Shown here in pieces: positions 37,380 to 48,486 of a stretch of DNA of 64,000 nt. The translations under genes and the position numbers were made by a program. How positions within the stretch are numbered: position 1 is the stretch's first letter; each line of letters begins with the position of its first letter. The stretch comes from Marsupella aquatica (taxonomy: Eukaryota > Plantae > Marchantiophyta): NCBI GenBank assembly GCA_973895155.1, contig OZ316896.1, positions 6,900,232 through 6,964,231 on the forward strand. Direction: 5' to 3'. Under the pieces are notes generated by a model, which worked only from the letters and a program-made list of their open reading frames with translations, was not told the origin of the DNA and did no database searches.

Positions 37380-38950
37380 CACGCGACTGGTCGCGTCTAC
37401 AAATCAGAATGTATAAACAATTCTTTGAGAGACTGATTTTTTTGGGTCACAACGTGACAAATCATAAATGTTGCTTCGTCCTCTAACAGAACCAGTCAAT
37501 GAGAGAGCTACCTCAGACGCAAATGGTCGCATCAACTGCTCCTAAATGAAACCTTACCTCTTCTAACAGAACCAGTCAATGAGAGAGCTACCTCAGACGC
37601 GAATGGTCGCGTCAACTGCTCCTAAATGAAACCTTACCTCCTCTAACAGAACCAGTCAATGAGAGATCTACCTCAGACGCGGCTAGTTGTGTCAACTGGT
37701 CCTAAAATGAACTTTACCTCCTCTAACAGAACCAGTCAATGAGAGAGCTACCTCAGACACGACTGGTCGCGTCACCTGAACCTAAACAACTATATCCACT
37801 GAACCTTCCTTGTGGAGATTTCGATATGATACGCGCTCAGTAAATCTATCCAGTTTCCTTCTCGCACGTGAGTGGTCATGTCAACTGGTCCTAAAAGGAA
37901 CCTTACCTCCTCTAATAGAACCAATCAATGAGAGAGCTACCTCAGACGCGACTGGTCGCGTCACTTGAACCTGAACAACTATATCCACTAAACCTTCTTT
38001 GTGGAGATTTGGATATGGTATGTGCTCAATAAATCTATCCAGTTTCCTTCTCACACGTGACTGGTCGCGTCAACTGGTCCTAAAAGGAACCTTACCTCCT
38101 CTAACAAAACCAGTCAATGAGAGAGCTACCTCAGACGCGACTGGTCGCATCAACTAAACCTAAACAACTATATCCACTGAACCTTCCTAGTGGAGATTTG
38201 GATATGGTACGCGCTCAGTAAATCTATCCTGTCTCCTTCTCACACGCGACTCGTCGCGTCAACTGGTCCTAAAAGGAACCTTACCTCCTCTAACAGAACC
38301 AGTCAATGAGAGAGCTACCTTAGACATGACTGGTTGCGTCAACTGACCCTAAACAACTATATCCACTGAACCTTCCTTGTGGAGATATGGATATGGTACG
38401 CGCTCAGTAAATCTATCCAGTTTCTTTCTCACAGGCGACTGGTCACGTCAACTGGTCCTAAAAGGAACCTTACCTCCTCTAACAGAACCAGTCAATGAGA
38501 GCTACCTCAGACGCGACTGGTCGCGTTAACTGGTCCTAAAAGGAACCTTACCTCCTCTAACAGAACCAGTCAATGAGAGAGCTACCTCAGACGCGACTGG
38601 TCGCGTCAACTGAACCTAAACAACTATATCCACTGAACCTTCCTTATGGAGATTTGGATATGGTACGCGCTCAGTAAATCTATCCTGTTTCCTTCTGACA
38701 CGCGACTGGTCGCATCAACTGGTCCTAAAAGGAACCTTACCTCCTCTAACAGAACCAGTCAATGAGAGAGCTACCTGACGCGACTGGTCGCGTCAACTGA
38801 ACCTAAACAACTATATCCACTGAACCTTGTGGAGATTTGGATATGGTACGCGCTCAGTAAATCTATCCAGTTTCCTTCTCACACGCGACTGGTCGTGTCA
38901 ACTGGTCCTAAAAGGAACCACACAATATTTTCACGCGACTGGTCGCGTCA
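37380..38950. repeat. Higher-order tandem array: ACGCGACTGGTCGCGT palindrome nodes separated by two spacer types (80-bp and 109-bp units, 189-bp dimer)
   Basis: Nodes at about 37380, 37516, 37596, 37676, 37756, 37865, 37945, 38054, 38134, 38243, 38323 ... 38932. Confidence 0.9.
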
Positions 38951-39005
38951 ACAGCTCAAACAACTTTCGGACAATAGGATAATACAGTGATACAACTGTG
39001 ATTAC

Positions 39006-39028
39006 TGGTAATGGTAATGGTAATGGTA
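39006..39028 (-). repeat. (TGGTAA)n run identical to the LINE tail repeat, with no LINE body attached
   Basis: TGGTAA x3 + TGGTA; flanks do not match the LINE 3' UTR. Confidence 0.8.
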
Positions 39029-40030
39029 CTGACCCGTACGGACAAAGAAATCCGAGTAAGCATGATTTCATTCATTTGTATTCATTCATGAACTTTACAA
39101 TAATTCAGATATTTGAGCTCTGTCATTGTGAAACTATTATATATCAGAAGTTTAGAGAATGATCCAGCTAAGATGATTCAATTTAGCAGTCTACTGGTTG
39201 TATTCGTCAATTAAAGGATTCAGTGTAATGAGATTCACATAACATGAGAGTTTATATGATTAAATTCACAACGTGCAAGTTTGTAATGACTTACTTAAGA
39301 CGATTCAGGTTGTATTTTAATTAGTGAGTTTGTATGATTCACACATATTTGAGTTTACAAACAAACCGCATTATGAAAACTCAGCTTAACAATCAAGAGA
39401 AATTTTAGCAAACCACAATCAACACCAGCAGAAAATGTAGAAATTGCACCTGAATTCTGAAAAATTGATGTAATCGTCTGAGAGATTGACGTCCAAGCAC
39501 TTGAAGACCTTGTTGCGGTATTCCAGAAAGTAAATATAAGATTGAAGATATTAATATGCTTCTATACTTCTATACAACACAGCTTCTATACTTCTATACA
39601 TAGAGCTTCGCTGCCACCAATTGAATAACATGTGCTTAATGCTAAGGAGCTCATTATGTCGAGTTAAAAAGACTCTTTCAGAAGTACAATCAAAGTTGTG
39701 CATAGGCAAACTGAGCATGAATAAAAGTGCACTAAACCTGAAGATTCAAAGAGGTGAAACAAGCTGCCAAAAAGTAGTTCGAGCTGCTGAAACACGTTGA
39801 TCGAGCTGATATGAGCTTAAAATTGGCTGACACAAGCTGATACAAGCACTCCCAAAAAGCTAGCTGCAACGAACTAGCAAACTAGAAATGAATACGAGCT
39901 GTAAATGCGAGCTGCAATGCGCCAACGAGCTCCTGGTCAAAACGATGGACAACTACTAAGAGCTGCAACGCGTCGACAAGCACCTGACCACAACGAATGA
40001 GCTACAACGACAAAAATGAAATCCAAGGCA

Positions 40031-40195
40031 GGAGCGAGAGCGACGAGAGCGACAAGAGCGAGAGCGACGAGAGCGAGAGCGACGAGAGCGACGAGAGCGA
40101 GAGCGACGAGAGCGACGAGAGCGAGAGCGATGAGAGCGACGAGAGCGAGAGCGATGAGAGCGACGAGAGCGAGAGTGAGAGCGACGAGAGCAAGC
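40031..40195. repeat. Compound microsatellite of GAGAGC / GAGAGCGAC units
   Basis: Direct reading; produces the spurious SESDE / ATRAR / LALVA ORFs. Confidence 0.9.
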
Positions 40196-41589
40196 GCGCG
40201 AAAGTCTAGGGAGCGAGAAACAACAACAATGAACAGTGCACTCGAGACCGTGGGCGCCGACAATAAGGAAGGACTAATTAGGGTATTGTTTTAGCATAAC
40301 CCTAATAACAACCTAGCGACAGGAAGGTTCCAGATGATCTCCGTACACTCCACCATCAATTGAACAAACTATGCAATCATGAAAAAAAGATTACCGGATT
40401 CCTTTTGATTTTCCGTACTAAAGGAGATTTCTATTTGATCGCCAATTTGAAATTTAAACCGGTAATTATGCAACTACGAAAGATTGTTAGTGGGGACCCC
40501 CGGATCCGGGTATCTTCACTATATCTGCCAATTCAAATCCAAAATGTGAACGAACGACAACTTTCTCATGATCGTTCCATCACGTAGTGGAGGCGAACTT
40601 CAAAATCATTCCATTTTGGTAGTGGAGACCGTCGGATCCGGATCCGTACTCCATTCTCTATCTTGCCAATTCAAACCCTTACTCTAAACAACGTAAAATG
40701 ATTCTCATGGTCGGGGAGAACCGATATTCAAAATCAATCCTGTACAATGATTCTCACGACTGGAGACTGAACCAATTTTCAAAATCAAAATCGAGTCCAG
40801 ATGAACACATCCTCCATGGAGTCAATAGACTGATCTCATTGCTCATGGATCATTCTTCATTTTCAGTTTCTCCTGACCAGGATACTAGCTGGGCTCTCAA
40901 CGGAGGCTGATCCAAGGCACATTTGAGGTGGAGCAGATTGGATCATTCAACTATTCCAGTCGGAGGCGGAGCTCATTCAAGCAACGTTGGCGCAGTTCTT
41001 GTTGTATCACCTTCAATCTTGGGGAGAGCACATCCGATCAAGCAAGAGAGTTGCGACGAAGCGAGACGACAAACATTTAGAACCTCCAAAGTCTGCCTCA
41101 TTCATCAAAGCATTCTAGCGGACCAACAAAGAGCGGCTATTCTGAAATCACAGTCTGGTCGAGGATTTTGATCTTGATACGATCAACAAGTTGTCATTCT
41201 CTGGTGGTGGGATTCGATCACGATACTTAAGGAAATTGGAGTTCGAAGGAGGAGGCTGAGTTGGCTGGAACGAGGAGGCTATGCTGGAAGGAAGAGGCTT
41301 GGCTGGGAGGAGGGTTTCCGCCAACATCGGAGGGTTGTCGCCAACATTGCTGAGACCACACGCAACTGAATAACTTGTAAGTATCAATCAGCATTAATTC
41401 CGCAATAAATGAGGAGAGTAGTTGCCTTAAATCACGCATTCAATGCATGAATTGAGTCAATGAAGTTATGGTCCAATTTCTCACTCCGATTTTGATCAAT
41501 CCGTGTTTCAAGTCCAATACAGAAGCAATGTATCAGAAGTACTAGTAGAGGATCCGAATGAATTCCCTAGTCTAAAATTGTATGGCGTA

Positions 41590-42430
41590 CGCGTATAGTT
41601 GTCTGTACATTTTGCTATTGTTTATTGTAGTCGACGGCCTAGCAAAACGAAACGTAATCGAGGTCCATTTTTCAGATCTTCCTGATCTCAACTTGTTAGT
41701 AGGATGACCTGTTTTTTGGTTACACATGTAGTTCGTCACGCGCACAGTCGCGTGAACCAATTTATCTCGTGTCTTTTGATATTGTTTATTGTAGTCGACG
41801 GCCTAGCGAATTGGTCAGCAATCTATTTTAAAACCAACGTCTTTGTTTCATCACGCGGACGGTCACGTTAATGTTTTAGAGGTCAGCGAAAGCTCTGCAC
41901 TCTTAGACATAATCGCCCTTTATTTCTCAGATCTTCCTGATCTCAACTTGTTAGTAGGATGACCTTTTTTTTTGTTACACATGTAGTTTGTCACGCGCAC
42001 AGTCAGCGAAAGCTCTGCACTCTTAGACGTAATCGTCGTTTATTTCTCAGATCTTCCTGATCTCAACTTGTTAGTAGGATGACCTATTTTTTTGGTTACA
42101 CATGTAGTTCATCATGCGCACAGTCGCGTGAACCAATTTATCTTGATATTGTTTATTGTAGTCGATTGCCTAGCGAATTGGCCAGAAATATATTTTAAAA
42201 CCGAGGTCTTCGTTTCATCACGCGCCCGGTCGCGTTAATGTTTTAGAGGTCAGCGAAAGCTCTGCACTCTTAGACGTAATCGCCCTTTATTTCTCAGATC
42301 TGCCTGATCTCAACTTGTTAGTAGGATGACCTGTTTTTGGTTACACATGTAGTTCATCACGCGCACAGTCGCATGAACCAATTTATCTCAGGTCTTTTTT
42401 ATATTGTTTATTGTAGTCGACAGCCTAACG
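41590..42430. repeat. Irregular tandem repeats containing TCACGCGCACAGTCGCGTGA palindromes
   Basis: CAGATCTTCCTGATCTCAACTTGTTAGTAGGATGACC recurs near 41673, 41928, 42048 and 42295. Confidence 0.85.
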
Positions 42431-42637
42431 AATTGTTAGTCAGAGGAATCTCGATTTTTCCTTGATTGCAAAAATGGTTACATCGATCCCGAAGGGCTTC
42501 GGATGTGGAATCCATATCCACTAGCACTATCCAAGAATTTAAGCTACACAGTATCTATAACAAGTTCTAACTTGAACTACTCTTGAATCTGTAGTTCTAA
42601 TCTTCGACTACTCAAAATATTGTTGACTTTGATCGAG

Positions 42638-43177
42638 TTAGTCATTCCAAGATGAAGGCATCCACTCATCGGTGTCTGGTGTGGATTCCCTTGAATCCAG
42701 AAATTCTTCCTTTGCCCAAGTCCTAACGTCCATAGATTTTCTCGGCTTGCTCTTTCTGTAATACAAATCAGAATCTTTGTTCATCTCTAATTGCCTTTTC
42801 TTCGGTGCGTCCACTTTCTTGGCCTCCTTGACTGTCTTAGCGTCTGCTGCTGCTTCCCCCGAAATGGATTCGACGCATGCTCTGGCCTTCAACTTCTCCC
42901 CCCTTGAAACGGATTCCACGAGGGCTTTGCCCTTTAACTTCTCCCCTGATGCCATCTTTGTAGTCATCTCTATCGGATTGGTCTCCATCTGATCTTCCAT
43001 CGACAAATGTGGCGAACAATGTCGTCTCTCACAAAACATTTGACCCGATTTAGTCACCGTAAACATTATATTACATCACTGACACATTCTGTAAGGAGTA
43101 CCACGAATTCGATACGTCGAACCTTCTGAATCGTCCGTCGGAACATCCTCATTCTTCGAGCTCAGCGGAGTAGTCAT
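42638..43177 (-). pseudogene. Small ORF (about 179 codons) with putative zinc-binding motif and one in-frame stop
   Basis: ATG at 43177 is in frame with 43066; MCQ*CNIMFTVTKSGQMFCERRHC with TGA at 43076-43078; TATAAAG at 43312-43306 on the minus strand. Confidence 0.55.
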
Positions 43178-43653
43178 CGCCCTTCAAACAAGAGATGCTG
43201 ACCGAGACTAAGAATTGGAAATGAGAGAGCTGATGTGCGAATAGATTATCCAATAGCCAGAAAGTGGAATGCGTGGGGGAATGAGCAATAGGGATCATCT
43301 CAATGCTTTATACTGTTTAGTCTCCACTAGTCATTGTACATAGTGGTTTCTAGAAGAGGGTGCGCGTTTGACTGGCGCGTATTAGAATTGGCGGGAAGTT
43401 CAGTTGTCCTCTAATTATGGCTTTAATTTCACGTTTGGCGACCGCCCCGGGAATACTGATTGCTAGTGAAGTACTGAGATTTCTTATGAAGGTCAGTAGT
43501 TACTGACTGTCCGGTGTCCACTCATTGGTAAATTGGTACTCTCCACTCATTTTTTCTGAGTGGAGTTGAAATGATTGTTCGTAATCGATTGTAGTCATTC
43601 TCATTCACTTGAAATGACTGATGGACCATGCATAATCTTTACCGGTATGTGTG

Positions 43654-43960
43654 ATGCCTTTAGATCCGTAATTGTATCTTCCTGTCTCGCGCGCAATCGT
43701 ATCTTACTTATGAAGTACCAATTACGAGCTAGAGTTTGGGCCTAGCCTTCTAGCTTCTACGTCGTAGACCCTATTATCCCTACACCCTCTGACTAAGGTC
43801 ACGCGACATGCCTTTAGATCCGTAATTGTATCTTCCTGTCTCACGCGCAATCGTATCTTACTTATGAAGTACCAAGTACGAGCTAGAGTTTGGGCCTAGC
43901 CTTCTAGCTTCTATGTCGTAGACCCTGTTATCCCTACACCCTCTGACTAAGGTCACGTGA
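43654..43960. repeat. 154-bp tandem duplication
   Basis: ATGCCTTTAGATCCGTAATTG... at 43654 and 43808. Confidence 0.9.
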
Positions 43961-44344
43961 CTAGTCGCGTGCAGGGCAGTGCATTGACTACATTTTGCCT
44001 ACTTATTGACGGTTGTGACAGGACAATGCAGTTCACGGACGTTTTACTGGCACTTATTAGCACTACTGTCCTCAGTAGTTACTGACTGTCCACTCATTTG
44101 TTCTGAGTGGATGTGAAATGATTGTGGTCATTCTCATTCATTTGAAATGACTGACGGACCATGCATAGTCTATTGCCGGTATGTGTGGTACCTCTAGGGT
44201 CACGCGACCAGTCGCGTGCAGCGCAGTGCATTGACTACATTCTGCTTATTGACCAACGTGACAGGACAGTGCAGTGAAATTGACAGACGTGACAGGACTG
44301 TACGCTTACAGTGATATTCTCTGATGTGCAGGATCATAATTATT

Positions 44345-47300
44345 ATGGTGACATCGACAGTCTGGATCAGGGAAGGCGGACAAGTTATTATAGGCATACG
44401 TGAGAAACAGGTTGGAAAAGGTCGCGTGATAAGTCTTGATCCTTCCTGGGTTTGTCACAATGTTCCTCTTGGGGCGGACATAGTTCTTCTTCTATTGGAG
44501 GAAGTTTTTGACGAGACCATTGTATGCAAAGATGGCAAACTTTTGAAGGACATGATTGGGGGTTACCTTGTATGGGAAAGGAATCAGCTTTTTTGAGCTC
44601 CCATGGAATCGGAGGATGTGTTTGGCACTGTTGGTGATGATCAAGATCCAGTCAATCAAAATTCTGATGGGAACAACCATAATGAGAGTCGGTCTGGTGT
44701 GGAAGTAGTTTTACCAAAGGCCTTGTGGATGGGCATGCCTGTAAAGGTGGTGGATGAGAACAAGTTGATTTTTGCAGTGACAACTATACATGTTCTAGAT
44801 CCTATAGTGAAGCTTGGGGATGTCACCCTTGGGAATACACATGTGGGAATTCTGATCAACGATTTTGTCGAGGGAGCTACCATAGATCATCTGAAGCATA
44901 GAGATTGCTTAAAAGCTTGGTCGATGGACCAACTCATTGCCAAGGATGGCAACTTGTTGTCTTTCCACAACATCAGGCAAGTTGTGGGAGGGAACACATC
45001 TCCAACAAGTGGCAAGCGGTCCTACGTCCATAAAAGTAGGAAAAGAAAGAGTCCATCTTCCCAGACATCTAGAAGAGACACATCTTTGGCATGTCAAGAT
45101 GTGTTGTTGATAAACACTAAGGACTGTTGTAGTGAACATTGTTGCCAATATTTGGACCGCAACTTGGCTATGGCAATTAGGCAAAAGTGGTGGTCAAAAT
45201 CTTTTGCGGAGCGCAAGGAGGAGGAAATCAAGGCTATTAAAAATACAATACACTTGGGTACTGGAGAAAGGATTCTAGCAGTGGAGGGCAAAGTATTGTG
45301 CTTGGAGGCATGGAGAATCATTCATTCAAGAGGAAAGACTCAATTTTATGCCTTGAAGAAGACTGTGATGGCTGGAATGAAGATAGGTACCCATGGTAAT
45401 GCTGGAAAAGGCGTATGTCCGAGAAAGTATCTCAAGCGTTCATGTCAATGAAAGAGATTATTGAGGAGGCAGCTGATCATCATCCAGCCAAGTTGAGAAC
45501 CATGGCAGATTAACAAGGATGGTTTTGAGGGAATTGCCAACAAATCTTACTTGGGAGAATATTAGAAACAGGGTTAATGTTGTCAACCAGGAGGCTGGTC
45601 TTCCTCCAATTTCCCAACCCACCTTGAGTCATCTACATCAGATGTATTTCAGGGAGTTCTCACGTCACAAAAAGGGCAACAACTTTTCAAAGTGTACAAC
45701 TTGTAGTGAGTTGCTTCAACGGAAAGCAAACCTTACAGGAGCTAAGGAAGAGTTAGAGGGCCTAAGGCGTGACGAGGAGGAACATCACCAAGACCACACA
45801 CAGCAAAGAATGTGCTATCATACCTGGAGATATGAGTCCATCCATCGTCCAAAGGAAGTGTTATGCCTTATTCATGATAAGATGGATCATTCAAAGACAG
45901 CTCTCCCAAGAATGCCCTTCAATCCTAAGCATGTGGATGGTGCCCAAAAGTACCCAATTACTGTCACTGGTATCCTTACTCATGGTCATGGTCCCAAGGC
46001 CATAGCCCAATATCATGTTGGAGTGTGGCCAGGTGATGTCAACATCACTATTGGGTCAATTGATTCAATACTAAGGATGTTGGAAAACCCAAATCCAATG
46101 ATCAAATCACTTGTGGAGGGGCCAGACTCGACAAGTCTTTTTAAAGACCTCCTTTTTGGGAGAGCAAATATCTTGGAGGCAAGTGTCCTTAGAGCATTTG
46201 AGGATGACATTGCCTACATCTCAAGCCTAGGTACTTTACTCACAATCCTTTAATTTATTATTATTTAATAATATAAGCTCACACACACTGACACTCTACT
46301 TTGTGTAGTTGTTGCTCCTCCTAGCCAAGGTTTCATTAATAGGGTTTAAACCCTAAACCCTAAATTGGGGTTTAGGGTCTGACTAGGGTTTTATTTAAAA
46401 GCATTCTGAGATTGTTACATTGTGATGCAGCACCTGAGGCACCAAAGTTCAGGCCCCTTCCACGAGTATTGAAGCTACAACTGGATAATTGTGCCTGAGA
46501 CAACAAGAACAGATATATGATGGCTTATTTGTCATTGTTGACGGCAAGGGAGGTGTTTGAAGAGGTTCATCTTGGTTTTATGGTGGTTGGGCATACGTAC
46601 TCATGAGGACGTTGACGGTATGTTCAGGCATTTTTCAGAGTCTATGATGCATAACCCCACATACTCATTGCCTGAGTTAATGTCCTTGTTCATGAGAGCA
46701 AGGACACCCAATGCAGTCCCACATTTTCTACAAGAGGTCCCAGATTTCAAAAACTACTTAGCTCCATTCATGTTGAAGGGACCTGAGGCATTGGTGGGGC
46801 ATTTAAAACCCAGGCTGTTTAGGTTCTATGTTTGTCATGATAGTATGCCATGCTTCCAATACAAAATGAAGTCAACTGATCAGGGATGGTTACCCAAGGA
46901 AGGTATTGAAATGTGGTCATGGAAAGATGACAAAAGTCCTCACATCCCAATTGGGGTGCCCAAACGGCTACCAATGATGGAGTTGAAAATGCTTCCTGAA
47001 GTGCTGACAGGGTTGAAGAAGCATGTGTCATTCTTTGAGTTTATTCTAAAGCGAACAAAAGAGGAAGAACCAAAGCGACGTTGGACAACTCTCATCAATT
47101 ATTGGAATGACATTGTAGATACTCTACAGGGTGAGCAGGTGCAATATGAACCTGAAGGTGCACACAACTTGGAATACGGGTTTTGGCCTTTATCAATATG
47201 GAGAGAGCACGTTCCACCAGAATATCGAAATGTGGCATGTGAGTTGGAGGCAACAGTGGATTATGTGGGACCAGCAACAGATAAACCTCCTGAGAGTTTT

Positions 47301-47700
47301 AACCCTAGGGTTGATGTTGTGAAGGGCTGTTATGTGTTGGTACGGCCGGACGACTCAGACCTGGATGTTTATCCCGTCCATATGGGGTTAGTTGTTACAG
47401 ATGTGGTAGAAGGAGCAGTGAATGAACAAAACCTTCTTACTCATGTATGTGGCGTTGAGTGGTCCATTTATGGCAAAGAAGCAACGTGGTCAATCAGACT
47501 AGCAGCCAAGAGAGCGGTGGGCAGATTCTTGGGATAAGAAATGGGAACGTGATCCAACTCCAATATACAAGGAAGCTGAGACAATAGATGTTTCCTCTGC
47601 CTTGTGGTGTTTCAAAGCACGCAAAGGACCAGTGACAGGGCTGGTAGGAATTCCAAAGAATGTTGCTGTCAAGGCAAGAGACTATCTCTTGACATGCATA
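44345..47700 (+). pseudogene. Sola1-like (DUF7869-type) DDE/D transposase pseudogene with N-terminal Tnp1/En/Spm-like domains
   Basis: CC..HCC, LCLEAWRIIH, HGNAG, FSKCTTC, IHDKMDHSKTALP, GILTHGHG, LKLQLDNCA*DNKN, FMVVGHT/HEDVDGMF; stops at 44594 and 46496, frameshifts near 45410, 45510 and 46595; introns around 46231-46430. Confidence 0.75.
46341..46390. repeat. Telomere-type motifs (CCCTAAA/TTTAGGG) in both orientations inside a transposase intron
   Basis: AGGGTTTAAACCCTAAACCCTAAATTGGGGTTTAGGG. Confidence 0.7.
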
Positions 47701-48486
47701 GCAAGTGACAAATCCTAGACAGTAATGAAGCATGTAGTTTAGCATACAATTTAAAAGGCAACTCAGAATAGTAGTAGCCAGAGAACTCAAGTTTAGACAA
47801 GTCTTATCGTCTAAGTTAGTTAGTTGGTTAGTTTATTTAAGATATAATATTAGTTAGTGGGGCCTTAGTTTGGTGATATTAAGGCATGATATTATTGACA
47901 TTCAAATGAATGTCCAGTAGACATTGTAATATACAACAATCCTATTAATAAATAATAATAATTATAGTTACACCCTCAAGTGAACTCAACTTTCAATTAT
48001 TTCTGATTTTATATGGTTCCATGCCTGATTGAGTCACACTAGTAGAAAATGGGGCCTTTTATGACTATGACACATATGACTTATGTGCTCAAATGACAAA
48101 ATATGTAAATGACATAACATAAATGACATTGAAATGACTGTCCAAAATGACGGGGTGCAAAAAATGACTAATACTTGCAATAGTGTCATTTAAACCAATG
48201 AGCCAAATGACTTTGACTACTATAATGACAACAATCATGAGTTGTAGTCATTTTGAACAGTCTTTGTGAATGACACAATTAACAAAAACTCTGTCATATC
48301 AGTGTTTCACATATGGGAAGTCATTTCAGACGACGGTGACTAATGACTAATAAATCAAATATGCAAATATCAGTGTTTAAAAATGTTAGTAGTCATTCAA
48401 ACCAAAAGTTATAAATGACATGATAAACAACATATGACTATTTTGAGGTTTATGGTTTAGTATATGTTTAGGGTTTAGGGTATGAT

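Noticed and set aside
37380-38950. CRISPR array
   Set aside because: Spacers are only two recurring sequences of about 60-90 bp, there are no cas genes, and the context is eukaryotic
39024-39040. LTR primer-binding site TGGTACTGACCCG
   Set aside because: I could not match it to a known tRNA 3' end, and no adjacent LTR is visible
39937-40294. SESDE-, ATRAR- and LALVA-repeat proteins
   Set aside because: Translations of a microsatellite that is open in several frames
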